Assembly (NCBI GenBank): GCA_965223155.1
Contig: CBDCVR010000013.1
Location: 640,001 to 704,000 of the forward strand
Reading direction: 5' to 3'
DNA length: 64,000 bases
From: Candidatus Multivoradales bacterium
GTDB taxonomy: Bacteria > Acidobacteriota > Thermoanaerobaculia > Multivoradales > JAHEKO01
Position 1 is the first letter of the stretch; every line of letters begins with the position of its first letter. The notes under the pieces were generated by a model. That model was not told the DNA's origin. It searched no databases and worked only from the letters and a program-made list of their open reading frames with translations. Both the position numbers and the translations under genes were made by a program. This document shows, one piece after another, positions 9,664-20,318 of this stretch.

Positions 9664-10662
9664 TCACGTGCCGTCGCGCAGGCGGCGGGCGACGTCGGCC
9701 ACGACGCGGTCGGCGTGGACGCGGGAGTTCTCGATGAAGAGCTTGCCGATGTCGCGTCCGACCTGGATGGTGCCCGCCAGGTACAGGCCTTCGACGTTGG
9801 ACTCACAGGTTTCCGGATCACAGGTCGGCACCAGGGTCGCCGGATCGAAAGTCACGCCGCAGCCGGCGGCAAGCTGGGTGTCGGGCTCGTAGCCCACCAG
9901 GACGTAGGCGGCGTCAACGGCGACGGAGGTCTCTCCGTCGGGCCCCGCCAGATCGACCAGGCGGCGGGAGCCCTCGCTCCGGAAGGCGCGCACCGTGGTT
10001 TCCAAGTGGGCGGCGATCGAACCCTCGGCGATCCGGTTCTCGAGATCCGGCTTGAGCCAGTACTTGACCGTGTCCTTGACCCGGTCCCGCCGGTGGACCA
10101 GGGTCACCCGGGCATGGTTGCGCCAGAGCTCGAGCGCCGCCTCGATCGCCGAGTTGCCGCCACCCACGAGCAAGACCTGGTCCTCGAAATGCCCGTACGG
10201 CTCCAGGTAGCGGCTTCTGACCCAGGAGGCATCCTCGCCGGGAACGCCCAGCCGCCGGGGCCGGTGAAAGTAGCCCTGGGCCAGAGCCACCGTCCGGGCC
10301 CGGCGAACGACGTCTCCGCCCCGGGCGCGGCTGTCGATGCGGAACCCACCCTCGGCCGTGGCGAGGCCGACGACTTCCTCGCGCAGTGCCAGGGGAATCT
10401 CGAAACGGGCGGCCACGGCCCGGTAGTACGCCAGCGCCTCCCGCCGGCTGGGCTTGTCCCCCGGGGTGGACATCGGCACGCCGGCGATCTCGATCAAGTC
10501 GCGCGTGGTGAAGAAACTCATGTACGTCGGAAAGCCCACGAGCGCGGCGGCCAACGGCCCGCGGTCGATCAACAGCACGTCCAGGCCGGCCTGGCGCGCG
10601 CGAGCACCGATGGCGATGCCGGTCGGACCGGCCCCGACCACCGCCAGATCCAGAACGCTCAC
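9664..10662 (-). CDS. ypdA: YpdA-family FAD/NADPH oxidoreductase (putative bacillithiol disulfide reductase)
   Basis: VVGAGPTG, FPTYMSFFTT, VGGGNSA, VKYWLKPDLENRI, C-terminal FIENSRVH; GTGA overlap with thiD. Confidence 0.85.
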   Translation of the reverse strand: MSVLDLAVVGAGPTGIAIGARARQAGLDVLLIDRGPLAAALVGFPTYMSFFTTRDLIEIAGVPMSTPGDKPSRREALAYYRAVAARFEIPLALREEVVGLATAEGGFRIDSRARGGDVVRRARTVALAQGYFHRPRRLGVPGEDASWVRSRYLEPYGHFEDQVLLVGGGNSAIEAALELWRNHARVTLVHRRDRVKDTVKYWLKPDLENRIAEGSIAAHLETTVRAFRSEGSRRLVDLAGPDGETSVAVDAAYVLVGYEPDTQLAAGCGVTFDPATLVPTCDPETCESNVEGLYLAGTIQVGRDIGKLFIENSRVHADRVVADVARRLRDGT

Positions 10663-11519
10663 GCCACCGGCTCCTGGAACCAAAGATGATTCACCGGCCC
10701 CTGTCCGCGGCCCAGCGGATAGGCCGCGGCCAGTGCCTCCTGAAGATAGGCGATCGCCCCACGCACCGCCTCCGGCAGGGAGTCTCCCCGGCCCAAGCGA
10801 GCGGCGATCGCCGAGGACAGCGTACAACCCGTGCCGTGGGTCGACGAGCCCTCGACTCGAGGATGGCGGATCACTTCGGTCCGTCCCCGATCCACCAGCA
10901 CGTCCAGAACCGTGGCCCCGGGAGCGTGCCCGCCCTTGAGCAGCACGCTGGGCCCGGCCGCCGCGATCCGGGCGGCCAGCTCACGGCGCTCGTCCTCGCC
11001 GGTCGCGGACAGCTCGGCCTGCGGCACTTCGAGAGCCAGGACGCCGGCCAGCACCAGCGCCTCGGGGAGGTTGGGCGTGACCAAAGTCGCCAGCGGCATC
11101 AGGCGCTCGACCAACGCTTGCACGGCCTCCTCGGCCAGGAGCCGATCGCCGCTCTTGGCCACCATCACCGGGTCCAGCACGACCGGCGGGCGCTTGGCCG
11201 GATCCAGCTGGCCGAGCCAGGCGGTCAGACGCTCGGCCACCGCGCCGATCACGGCGGCCGAGGCCAGCATCCCGATCTTGACGGCGTCTACGCCCAGATC
11301 CGAGAAGACCGCGTCGATCTGGGCGGCCACGATCTCGGCCTCGATCTCCCGCACCGCCACGACGGCCACCGTGTTCTGAGCGGTCACGGCGGTCAGGACC
11401 GACATACCGAAGGCGCCGTGAGCGGCGAAGGTCTTGAGATCGGCTTGAATTCCGGCGCCTCCTCCGGAGTCCGAGCCGGCGATGGTCAGCAAGCGGGGAG
11501 GAGCCGGGCTCGGGCTCAC
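10659..11519 (-). CDS. thiD: hydroxymethylpyrimidine/phosphomethylpyrimidine kinase
   Basis: LTIAGSDSGGGAGIQADLKT, VKIGML, DPVMVAKSG, TPNLPEA, THGTGCTLSSAIAA. Confidence 0.95.
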   Translation of the reverse strand: MSPSPAPPRLLTIAGSDSGGGAGIQADLKTFAAHGAFGMSVLTAVTAQNTVAVVAVREIEAEIVAAQIDAVFSDLGVDAVKIGMLASAAVIGAVAERLTAWLGQLDPAKRPPVVLDPVMVAKSGDRLLAEEAVQALVERLMPLATLVTPNLPEALVLAGVLALEVPQAELSATGEDERRELAARIAAAGPSVLLKGGHAPGATVLDVLVDRGRTEVIRHPRVEGSSTHGTGCTLSSAIAARLGRGDSLPEAVRGAIAYLQEALAAAYPLGRGQGPVNHLWFQEPVA

Positions 11520-12325
11520 GAGGCTTCCGCGGCCGCGCGCCGAGAACGCAGGGCCCAGAGTCCAGCCACCATCAAGAGCAGCAACACGCTGATCACCTGA
11601 GCGCCGGTGAAATCGCCGAAGATCCGGTCGTCCTTGGCCCGCCAGAACTCGATCACGAACCGTTCGACGGCTAGAAGCCCCAATACCACCAGCGCCGCGG
11701 TGCCCGGGCGGGCTCCCCGCTTGACCAGCCACACGCCGACCGCGCAGGCCACCAGAGCCAGGCCGGTTTCGTAGAGCTGGGTCGGATGGACGGCGACCAG
11801 CTGGTTGGCCGGCACGTCCGCCGGCAATGTGGCTCCGTACTCGCGACGCATGAAGCCGGCCGTCGTCGGCGCGGGCAGTCCGTGAGGAAACTTCACCCCC
11901 CAGGGCATCGAGGTCGGCATGCCGAAGTCGTCACCGACAAGGAAGCATCCAACCCTCCCAACGGCGTGCCCGAGCGCGACCGCGGGCGCGGCGACGTCCA
12001 CAACCGGCCAGATCGGCAGTTTCCGCCGGTGCAGTGTCCAGACGACCGCGAGCGCGCCACCGATCAGTCCTCCGTACCAAACCAGACCGGACCGGGAGAC
12101 CAGCAGCGAGGCATCGCCGTAGAGAATCGCGTAGTACGCCTTGGCGCCGACGATGCCGCCGATGCCAGCCGCCAGCAACAAGGCGCTCGCATCCTCTTCG
12201 TCGCCGATCCCCTGGTACCTCATGCCCCAGCGCAGCAACGCCCAGGCGCCCAGGAAGGCGAAGACCAGCATCACCCCGAAGGGGCTGATCGACAGCGGCC
12301 CGATGCTGAAAAGCTCCCGAATCAT
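11516..12325 (-). CDS. lgt: prolipoprotein diacylglyceryl transferase
   Basis: GLVWYGGLIGG, GRVGCFLVGDDFG, HPTQLYE, RFVIEFWR. Confidence 0.92.
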   Translation of the reverse strand: MIRELFSIGPLSISPFGVMLVFAFLGAWALLRWGMRYQGIGDEEDASALLLAAGIGGIVGAKAYYAILYGDASLLVSRSGLVWYGGLIGGALAVVWTLHRRKLPIWPVVDVAAPAVALGHAVGRVGCFLVGDDFGMPTSMPWGVKFPHGLPAPTTAGFMRREYGATLPADVPANQLVAVHPTQLYETGLALVACAVGVWLVKRGARPGTAALVVLGLLAVERFVIEFWRAKDDRIFGDFTGAQVISVLLLLMVAGLWALRSRRAAAEAS

Positions 12326-12487
12326 GGCGCGGCCCGCGCTCCTTTCGTGATCGGCGGGCGCCGCATGCTAGCACCGAAACCGCGCTAACTCCCGGCCTGC
12401 TCCCTGGCAACTCCTGCGGCCGCCGGACGGCGCCGAGCCGAGCCCCGGCCGGACGCTAGGCGCGAGAGGTCCGCGACCGGCGGGCCC

Positions 12488-13186
12488 TCAGACCGCCAGC
12501 GACTCGATCTGGTCGAGCAGAAAGGCCTCGAAGCGCTTGCGGTCGGCCGGAGGCATCTCGGCGAACCGGACTCCGACCCCGTCGCTGCCCTCGACGCTCT
12601 TGACCGCCTTGCGCACCACGACGCCACGGGCTGAGACCGGATCTTCCTGGCCGGGCACCTCGATGCGCAGCTCCAGCTCCGTGCCCGGCGGCAGCTCGTC
12701 CTTGGTCCGGACGAAAAGCCCGCTGGATGAAGCGTTGAGGGCTTGCGCCACCCGCAACAGGTTGCCCGCCTCCAGCTCCACCGTCATGCGCACCATCACC
12801 CGCACCGCCGGCCGCGGCGCCTGGCGCAGGAAGCGCATCAGGTCGGCGGCAAGCTCGGTATCGGTACGATCCAGACTGACCACGGGCACGCCCGCGTACT
12901 CCAGCGGCTCCACCGAGGGCCGGTCGCCCAGACTGCTGAGAACCACCGTCATCGGCAGCTCTCCGGGCTCCAGCCGATCCCGCAACTCGCTCCAGAAGGT
13001 CAGCGCGTCCGAGTCCTCTAGCGGATGCACCAGGACCAGAAGCTCTGGCCGCAGCGCGGACAGAAACTCGAGTGCCTGGGCCGCGCTCTCGACATGCTGC
13101 AACTCGGCCCCGGCGGACTCCTCGACGATCGGAATCACCGACTCGAGCAGCTCCGACTTGGAGACGATGAGAACGTGCTGTTTCAC
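12488..13186 (-). CDS. receiver-like domain + PilZ domain protein
   Basis: RQAPR (RxxxR) and NASSSG (D/NxSxxG) PilZ motifs; N-terminal CheY-like pattern lacking the acceptor Asp. Confidence 0.75.
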   Translation of the reverse strand: MKQHVLIVSKSELLESVIPIVEESAGAELQHVESAAQALEFLSALRPELLVLVHPLEDSDALTFWSELRDRLEPGELPMTVVLSSLGDRPSVEPLEYAGVPVVSLDRTDTELAADLMRFLRQAPRPAVRVMVRMTVELEAGNLLRVAQALNASSSGLFVRTKDELPPGTELELRIEVPGQEDPVSARGVVVRKAVKSVEGSDGVGVRFAEMPPADRKRFEAFLLDQIESLAV

Positions 13187-13458
13187 GACTTCGAGGAGGA
13201 ACCCGCGCTACCGGCTAGCCCTGGAGCACCGCGGCCGAAACCGGCCGCCAACCCCATTCGCGCACGGATCCTATGCCGTCGGAGCACTCGCGTGCAAAGA
13301 CCTTCATCACAGAGGGCCAAGTCCGAGGATCGATTCCATTTCCTGGCTCGAGCCCAGCCTCCCTTCCCGCCGATGCCGGACAAAGCCGTGACAAGGCGCC
13401 ACGACACCCGTGCAGGCACCGATCTCACTCACGGATGGCCCCGGAGCGGCGAACCTAC

Positions 13459-14313
13459 CTACCGGTCGTTGAGGCTCCAGTCGTAGTCTAGATACCGAAC
13501 CGAGGGCCCGGCCCGGCGCAGCGTGTCGGCCAGGTCGGCCGGAAGCTCGGCCAGCACCCAATCCAATACCTTACCCCGGGCGAAAAACGCCACCACCGTG
13601 CTGCCGCCGGTGAAGTCGCCCGCGTACCACTTGAAGATCGAGGACAGCCAAAGCTCGTTGCGCTGCTGATCGTAGCGCAATCCCTTGCCGGAATCACTCA
13701 GGAAGGCCCGAGTCTGCTCTTCCAGCTGGCGCTCCAGGTCAGCGGCCCGGTACGGCTCGAAGCGCAGATCCGGACAGCTGTGGGACGCGCACACGACGGC
13801 GAAATGGACCCGTGCATCGCCCTCGTCACGAGCCCGCGTCTCGATCTCGTCCAGGGTCAGCTCGGTACCGGCGATCGGAAACGTCAGCTCGTCGAAGAAG
13901 CCCTCGACGTCCCGAACGGACTCGATCTCCGGATAGCGGTCCAAGACGAAACGCGCCACGACGGCGTTGTAGGCGTTGCTGTAGAAGGCGATGCGCCCGG
14001 CCCGGCCGGCCTCCTCCGGCCGCGCGTCCCGCAAGCTCGCCAGATAGAGATCCAAGTCCTCGGAATCGGCGGCCAGAGCCGCGTAGTCGAGGCCGCCGTC
14101 GGCGAAGCCGATCTCCAGGGCACGGCTCCAGGGCTCGGCGCTAGGAAGGAGCACGCCATCCCTCCCGGCGGCGGTGTCCGCCCGCGCGCAGCCGGCGCCC
14201 AGCGCCCAAACCCAGCTCGCCGCGACCACCAGGGCAAGGCTCCAAGCCCGGCGCGCAAAGCAAGCCGGGGGCGGCGCGATCCGGGGTCGTCGTACCGAGG
14301 TTTCGTGGGCCAT
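13459..14313 (-). CDS. DUF547-family exported protein
   Basis: LDYAAL, AFYSNAYNA, LTLDEIE, DARVHFAVVCASHSCP, LSSIFKWYAGDF, YLDYDWSLN. Confidence 0.88.
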   Translation of the reverse strand: MAHETSVRRPRIAPPPACFARRAWSLALVVAASWVWALGAGCARADTAAGRDGVLLPSAEPWSRALEIGFADGGLDYAALAADSEDLDLYLASLRDARPEEAGRAGRIAFYSNAYNAVVARFVLDRYPEIESVRDVEGFFDELTFPIAGTELTLDEIETRARDEGDARVHFAVVCASHSCPDLRFEPYRAADLERQLEEQTRAFLSDSGKGLRYDQQRNELWLSSIFKWYAGDFTGGSTVVAFFARGKVLDWVLAELPADLADTLRRAGPSVRYLDYDWSLNDR

Positions 14314-14482
14314 GGGTCTCCCTTCGTTGGTGACGGGTATATGCCGCTACGGTCCTCCTGGAGGACCGGTTTCGAGCTAGGTACGCAGCGGGCATCGATC
14401 GGGATTTCCGGCTTTGGCGGAGCCTTTCCAGGCCCTCCCGCGGCCGCTCGCGCTCCAAGGCAACTGGTACTATGCCATCCCC

Positions 14483-15529
14483 ATGCTCACCGATACGACG
14501 CGCCGGCGTTACGAGGAGTTCGCGAAGCTCATTCGCGGCCGCTCCATGGCCGGCAAGTGGATGATCGTCACCCACGACAATCCCGACCCGGACTCGATCG
14601 CCTCGGCCGCGGGCCTGGCCAAGCTGCTCAGGCGGGGCTTCCGGCGCCAGGTGACGATTGCCTACGGTGGCATCATCGGACGCGCCGAGAATCAGGAGAT
14701 GGTCAAGGTCTTGGACGTCCGTCTGAGCCACATCCGCCACCTCAACAAGGACAGGTACCGGCATTTCGCCCTGGTCGATACCCAGCCGGGGACCGGCAAC
14801 AACCAGCTCGACGGCATCCGGCCGGACGTGGTCTTCGACCATCACCCGGTCCGCAAGGCGACCCTCGAGGTTCCATTCTTCGACATCCGCACGGAATACG
14901 GCGCCAGCGCCACGATCATCGCCGAGTACCTGGCGGCCGCCGGCTGGGACCTCACCAAGCGCGAAGCCACCGCCTTCGTCTACGCCGTGCGCTCGGAGAC
15001 CCAGGACTTCGGGCGAGAGTTCTCCCCGGCCGACAAACAGCTCTACGACGAGCTCCAACCCCTCGCCGATCCGCGCGCCCTGGCCAAGATCCAGGCGCCG
15101 CGGCTCCCGATCTCGTACTTCCGTACCCTGCACGAAGCCCTCGAGAACCTGCAATCGGCCGGCTCCCTGGTCGTGAGCCACCTGCGGGAGATCGACAATC
15201 CCGACATCGTCCCCGAAATCGCCGATCTGCTGCTGCGGATGCACGGCAAGACGTGGTCGTTTTGCACCGGCGTTCAGGGCGAACGTGTTCACGTCTCCCT
15301 CCGGACGACCAACGCCCGGGCCGATGCCGGACGCCTGATGCGCCGGCTGCTCGGCAGGCGGGGCAAAGGCGGCGGGCACGGCATGATGGCGGGCGGCTGG
15401 ATCGAATGGCCGGGAACGCGCAGCGGTACCCCGGAGGGCCTGCAGGACTATCTCGCCACCCGTCTGGCGCAAATCCTCAAGAAGAAGCCTGGGCGCCTCA
15501 GTCCGCTCAAGCTCAGCAACGGGGCTTGA
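14483..15529 (+). CDS. DHH/DHHA1 phosphoesterase (NrnA-like)
   Basis: THDNPDPD, LVDT, FDHH, GGGHGMMAGG; start at ATG 14483 just after the extended -10 TGGTACTAT. Confidence 0.88.
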   Translation: MLTDTTRRRYEEFAKLIRGRSMAGKWMIVTHDNPDPDSIASAAGLAKLLRRGFRRQVTIAYGGIIGRAENQEMVKVLDVRLSHIRHLNKDRYRHFALVDTQPGTGNNQLDGIRPDVVFDHHPVRKATLEVPFFDIRTEYGASATIIAEYLAAAGWDLTKREATAFVYAVRSETQDFGREFSPADKQLYDELQPLADPRALAKIQAPRLPISYFRTLHEALENLQSAGSLVVSHLREIDNPDIVPEIADLLLRMHGKTWSFCTGVQGERVHVSLRTTNARADAGRLMRRLLGRRGKGGGHGMMAGGWIEWPGTRSGTPEGLQDYLATRLAQILKKKPGRLSPLKLSNGA

Positions 15530-15583
15530 CCCTGGCGGCCAGATCGCTTCCAGCTGGCCTCTCCACCGAGCCCCATTCGGTTG

Positions 15584-17191
15584 CTATTCCCATTCGATGG
15601 TGCCCGGCGGCTTGCTGGTCACGTCGTAGACCACTCGGTTTACCCCGGGTACCTCGTTGACGATGCGGTTCGCTACCCGCCCCAGGAGCTCGTGCGGCAG
15701 GTGGCTCCAATCCGCCGTCATGAAATCCTCGGTCCCGACCGACCGAAGAGCGACGACGTTCTCGTAGGTCCGGTTATCCCCCATGACGCCCACGCTCTTG
15801 ACCGGCAGCAGCACCGCGAAAGCCTGACTGACCTGGTCGTAGAGCTCCGCGGCTCGGAGCTCATCCAGGAAAATGGCGTCCGCCCGCTGCAGGGTGGCGA
15901 CGCGCTCGCGCGTCACTTCGCCCAGCACCCGTACCGCCAAGCCCGGACCCGGAAAGGGGTGGCGGCCGATCAGCTCGTCCGGGAGACCCAGTTCCCGCCC
16001 GAGCTGCCGCACCTCGTCCTTGAACAGGGTCCGCAACGGCTCGACCAGCTCGAAGCCTAGCCGCTCGGGGAGACCGCCGACGTTATGGTGGGTCTTGATC
16101 ACGGACGAAGGTCCTTTGACGGCTTCGGACTCGATGACGTCGGGATAGAGCGTGCCCTGCGCCAGGAAGGCGACCTCCTCGAGCTTGGCCGCTTCCGCTT
16201 CGAAGACCTCGATGAAGACGCGGCCGACGATCCTGCGCTTCTCCTCCGGATCGGAGACTCCGGCGAGGGCGTCCAGGAAACGATCGGCGGCGTCCACGAC
16301 CACCACGTCGATCCCCAGGCCGCCCACCAGACTTTTCTCGACCTGGTCGCGCTCGCCCAGGCGCAGCAACCCGGTATCGACGAACACCGCGGTCAGGCGA
16401 TCCTCCACGGCCCGGCGTAGGAGGGCCGCCACGACCGACGAATCCACCCCGCCCGAGATGCCGCAGAGCACCCGCCCGTCCCCGACCCGCTCGCGCGCCT
16501 CCTGGATGGCCTCCTCCCCGTACGAAGACATGCGCCAGTCGCCGCCTGCTCCGCAGATGCCATACGCGAAGTTCCGCAGCATCTCGGTGCCCGCCGGAGT
16601 GTGGGAGACCTCGGGATGAAACTGAACCCCATAGATGCGCCGCTCCGAGTCTTCGAAGCCGACGATGGGTGCGTTCTGGGTGGCCGCGATGGCCTCGAAC
16701 CCGTCCGGCAGGCGAACCACCCGGTCGGCGTGGCTCATCCACACCACCTGCCGGTCGGCGATCCCTTCGAACAGGGCGCTTGCCCCGCCGACCTCGACCT
16801 CGGCGCGGCCGTACTCCCTGCGGCCGGCGGCTTCCACCCCGCCGCCGAGCTGGGCCGCGATCAACTGAAGCCCGTAACAGATCCCCAGAACCGGCACGCC
16901 CAGATCGAAGAGGGCCGGATCCATGGCGTGGGCATCGGTGTCGTAGACCGACTGCGGGCCTCCCGACAGGATGATCCCAATGGGCTCCAGCTCCCGGGCC
17001 TCGTCCGCCGAGGATCCGCAGCCGTGAACTTCCGAGTAGACGCCGATCTCCCGCAGGCGACGGGCGATGAGCTGCGTGTACTGGCTACCGAAGTCCAGCA
17101 CCAGGATTGTCTGATGCCCCCCCTGTCGCCCCGGCCGCCCGCCGGCTTCGTCGATGCCAGCGGTATCGACCGCTCCTAGCGTTCCGCTCAT
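15584..17191 (-). CDS. guaA: GMP synthase (glutamine-hydrolysing)
   Basis: [43 protein letters not shown]. Confidence 0.98.
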   Translation of the reverse strand: MSGTLGAVDTAGIDEAGGRPGRQGGHQTILVLDFGSQYTQLIARRLREIGVYSEVHGCGSSADEARELEPIGIILSGGPQSVYDTDAHAMDPALFDLGVPVLGICYGLQLIAAQLGGGVEAAGRREYGRAEVEVGGASALFEGIADRQVVWMSHADRVVRLPDGFEAIAATQNAPIVGFEDSERRIYGVQFHPEVSHTPAGTEMLRNFAYGICGAGGDWRMSSYGEEAIQEARERVGDGRVLCGISGGVDSSVVAALLRRAVEDRLTAVFVDTGLLRLGERDQVEKSLVGGLGIDVVVVDAADRFLDALAGVSDPEEKRRIVGRVFIEVFEAEAAKLEEVAFLAQGTLYPDVIESEAVKGPSSVIKTHHNVGGLPERLGFELVEPLRTLFKDEVRQLGRELGLPDELIGRHPFPGPGLAVRVLGEVTRERVATLQRADAIFLDELRAAELYDQVSQAFAVLLPVKSVGVMGDNRTYENVVALRSVGTEDFMTADWSHLPHELLGRVANRIVNEVPGVNRVVYDVTSKPPGTIEWE

Positions 17192-18216
17192 AGCTCGTGC
17201 TCAGCCTTTCGCTCCCGGGCCATCAACTCGCGCAACGCCTCCGGCGGCGTCACCCCGTCGTACAGAACCCGCCGCATCTGCTCGATGATCGGCATCTCGA
17301 TCCCCAGCTTCTCCGCCAACCGGGTCAGCGAGACCGAGTTCCGGATGCCTTCGGCCACCATGATCGACTCGGCCTCGATCTCGGCCAGGGTCTTGCCCGC
17401 CGCCAGGTCCATTCCGGTCTGGCGATTCCGCGACAGCCCGCCGGTACAGGTCAGGACCAGATCGCCCAGGCCCGCCAGTCCGCGCGGCGTCTCCGGCTGG
17501 CCGCCGCAGGCCATGCTGAGCCGAGTGATCTCGTGCAGGCCGCGGGTGATGAGAGCCGCCAGCGTGTTGTGGCCGAGGCCCAGGCCGCTGACCACCCCCG
17601 CCGCCACCGCGATCGGGTTCTTGGCCGCGCCACAGAGCTCGACGCCGACGACGTCGGTGGACGAGTAAATCCGGAAGCTGGGAGTTGCCAGCCGCTCCCG
17701 CAGCCGCCGCGCCAGCTCGGCGTCGCTCGACGCCACTACCGCCGCGCTCGGCACATCGCGGGCCAGCTCGGCCGCGAAGGTCGGTCCGGACAGCACGGCG
17801 AAGCCGAACGACGGGATCGTCCCTCCCGCCTCCTCTGCCGCCACCTCGCTCATCCGGGCGGTAGTCTCGGTCTCGACGCCCTTGGCCGCCGAGATCACGA
17901 CGAGGGGTCGGGAGGGCTCACGTAGGGCAATCAGCGACCGCAACGCCTGGCGGAACCCGTGCGAGGGGATCGCCACGATCGCGGTCTCGACCTCGGCCAG
18001 CTCGGAGAGATCGGTCGTGGGGCGAAGACGATCCGGCAGGGCGACCCCGGGCAGGTAGCGCCGGTTTTCGCGCTCCCGAACGAGGAACTCCACGGCCTCG
18101 GCGTCCCGCCCCCACAACAGCACGTCGCCCTCGCGCTCGGCCGCCGCCGCGAAGTGCGCGGCCAGGGCGGTGCCCCAGGAACCGGCGCCCAGCACCGCCA
18201 GGCCGGCCGAGCTCAC
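17188..18216 (-). CDS. gpsA: NAD(P)H-dependent glycerol-3-phosphate dehydrogenase
   Basis: [43 protein letters not shown]. Confidence 0.96.
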   Translation of the reverse strand: MSSAGLAVLGAGSWGTALAAHFAAAAEREGDVLLWGRDAEAVEFLVRERENRRYLPGVALPDRLRPTTDLSELAEVETAIVAIPSHGFRQALRSLIALREPSRPLVVISAAKGVETETTARMSEVAAEEAGGTIPSFGFAVLSGPTFAAELARDVPSAAVVASSDAELARRLRERLATPSFRIYSSTDVVGVELCGAAKNPIAVAAGVVSGLGLGHNTLAALITRGLHEITRLSMACGGQPETPRGLAGLGDLVLTCTGGLSRNRQTGMDLAAGKTLAEIEAESIMVAEGIRNSVSLTRLAEKLGIEMPIIEQMRRVLYDGVTPPEALRELMARERKAEHEL

Positions 18217-18827
18217 GCCGCCCCACCCCTTCCGAGCCGAGCTTCCCGTCCCGCCAGCAAGCGAGCCAGATTCGAGCGATGGCGGACAACGACCAGGAGC
18301 GCGATCGCCACCGCCGCCGTCAGGCCGGCTTGGTCGGGTTCGTAGCCCCGCCAGCGGTCACTCAAGATCCAGAAGACCGGCACGCTCAAAACCGCCGCGA
18401 TCGAGCCCATCGAGACGTACCGGGTCGCAAGCACGACCACAAGGAAGACTCCCACCGCGCCCAGGACCGCCAGCGGGTGCAAAGCACCGAGAGCGCCTAC
18501 CGCGGTTGCCACGCCCTTGCCTCCCTGAAAGGTCAGAAACGGCGAGGTGACGTGGCCGAGGACCGCCGCCACCGCTACGCCGGCCACGATTGCCTCATCC
18601 AGAGGGATCCAGCGCGCCAGCCACACCGGCACGTAGCCTTTGGCAACGTCCAGCGCGAGACCGGCCAGGGCCAATGCCGGGCCGGCAGTGCGCAGGGCGT
18701 TGGTCGCTCCCGGGTTCCCGCTTCCCACCAGCCGCAGGTCGCGCCCCGTGCGAGAGCGAACGATCCAGAAGCTGAACGGAATCGCGCCAAGCAGATACGC
18801 CGCGCCTATCGCCAGATAAGGAGTCAT
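18213..18827 (-). CDS. plsY: glycerol-3-phosphate acyltransferase
   Basis: AYLLGAIPF, GSGNPGATN, DVAKG, GGKGVAT, RHRSN. Confidence 0.95.
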   Translation of the reverse strand: MTPYLAIGAAYLLGAIPFSFWIVRSRTGRDLRLVGSGNPGATNALRTAGPALALAGLALDVAKGYVPVWLARWIPLDEAIVAGVAVAAVLGHVTSPFLTFQGGKGVATAVGALGALHPLAVLGAVGVFLVVVLATRYVSMGSIAAVLSVPVFWILSDRWRGYEPDQAGLTAAVAIALLVVVRHRSNLARLLAGREARLGRGGAA

Positions 18828-18943
18828 GTGGAGCCGGATCGAGCCTGGATCGCCTGGACGGCAGAGCGCGCCCCGTTCGAGCCGCGCCACGTTGACGATA
18901 GCAGAGTGCCGTACGCGGGCGGAGACGCCATCGAGGCCCGATG

Positions 18944-20200
18944 CTACCCCTCCGCGCCTGCGGCCAGCGTCCGGCGCAGCAGATCCAGGGCTCGAATCGC
19001 GGTCAGCGTGCGGACGCGCTCGCGGTCTCCGGGAAGCCACATCTTGCGGTGGCGAGTCTGGCCCTCGCCGGGCCCGGCCAGGGCCAGGTGTACGGTTCCC
19101 ACGGGTTTAGGCTCCGTACCCCCTCCCGGGCCGGCGATGCCGGTGACGGCAAGCCCGAAGTCGGCCCCGAGCCGATCGCGGGCGCCTCGAGCCATGGCCA
19201 GGGCCACCTCCTCGCTCACCGCCCCGTGCTCGCCCAGGAGCGCTTCCGAAACGCCCAGCATGCGCTCTTTCAACTCGTTCGAATAGGTCACGGCCGCACC
19301 TAGAAAGTAGGCGCTGCTCCCGGCGACGGCGGTGAGCCTGCGCGCGATGCCGCCCCCGGTGCAGGACTCGGCGGTGACCAGTGTCCGGCCGGCGGCAAGC
19401 AGGAGGCGAGCCACCTCCTCTTCGAGCGTGACCGCCTCGTCCCGGGCGTAGACATAGCCGCCGACCGCCTCGTCCAGAGCTTCGAGGCGCGGACCGAACC
19501 AGGCATCCAGCGTGCCCGCCTCCCCGATCCGAGTCAGACGCACGGTGATGAGACCCGGTGACGGCAGGATCGAAAGTCCTTCCTTGCCGAAGCTCTCGTA
19601 GTAGCCGGCCAGACGGTCCTCGATCTCGGACTCGGGAACCGAAGCCAGCTTCAAACTCCGGCGCTCGAGGCGAACATCACCCGCCCGCTCCGCCAGCCAG
19701 GGCTCGAGCGAGCTTTCGATCAGGCCTTCGAGCTCGTGCGGAACGCCGGGAAACAAGAACACGGCCTTGGCGGCATCGGCCTCGACCCTAAGTCCCGGAG
19801 CGGTTCCCCTGGGATTGGTCAGAACCGTCGCGCCTTCGATGACGTCGCCCTGCTTTTCGTTCGACGCCGGCATGTCGAGACCGAACTTGGCGAAGCGACG
19901 GCACAGATCCTCCACGATCTCCGGGTCCCGAATCAGCGGGCGTCCCAGGACGCGGGCCACCACTTCCCGGGTCAGGTCGTCCTGCGTCGGGCCAAGCCCG
20001 CCGGTCAGAATTAAGAGGTCCTCGTCGGCCAGGGCGCGCCTGATCTCACGGGCCAACTCGTCTTCGACATCGCCGACCAGGACCTTGCGCTGCACCGCCA
20101 CGCCGTAGCGTCCGAGCGCGCCGGCCAGGCGCAAGGAGTTGGTGTCGGCCCGATCCGCTCCCAAGAGCTCGGAGCCCACCGCAAGAATCACCGCACGCAT
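18944..20200 (-). CDS. cinA: competence/damage-inducible protein A (MoCF-like + PncC NMN deamidase)
   Basis: AVGSELL, DTNS, TGGLGPTQDDLT, PGVPHE, TAESCTGG, HGAVS, TGIAGPGGG. Confidence 0.94.
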   Translation of the reverse strand: MRAVILAVGSELLGADRADTNSLRLAGALGRYGVAVQRKVLVGDVEDELAREIRRALADEDLLILTGGLGPTQDDLTREVVARVLGRPLIRDPEIVEDLCRRFAKFGLDMPASNEKQGDVIEGATVLTNPRGTAPGLRVEADAAKAVFLFPGVPHELEGLIESSLEPWLAERAGDVRLERRSLKLASVPESEIEDRLAGYYESFGKEGLSILPSPGLITVRLTRIGEAGTLDAWFGPRLEALDEAVGGYVYARDEAVTLEEEVARLLLAAGRTLVTAESCTGGGIARRLTAVAGSSAYFLGAAVTYSNELKERMLGVSEALLGEHGAVSEEVALAMARGARDRLGADFGLAVTGIAGPGGGTEPKPVGTVHLALAGPGEGQTRHRKMWLPGDRERVRTLTAIRALDLLRRTLAAGAEG

Positions 20201-20318
20201 CCTCGCGATGATACCGCCCTGGCTCGGATCCGGGCGGCGCCCGCAGCCACCCGGCAAGGCGTTCGCGCGCTCCGCGTTGACTCCATCCCGGCACCCGCAT
20301 AGGATCCCTCGGAGCGCC

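Noticed and set aside
13187-13458. c-di-GMP riboswitch upstream of the PilZ gene
   Set aside because: No GGCAAAC/GAAA/GCAAAG pattern recognisable on the coding strand
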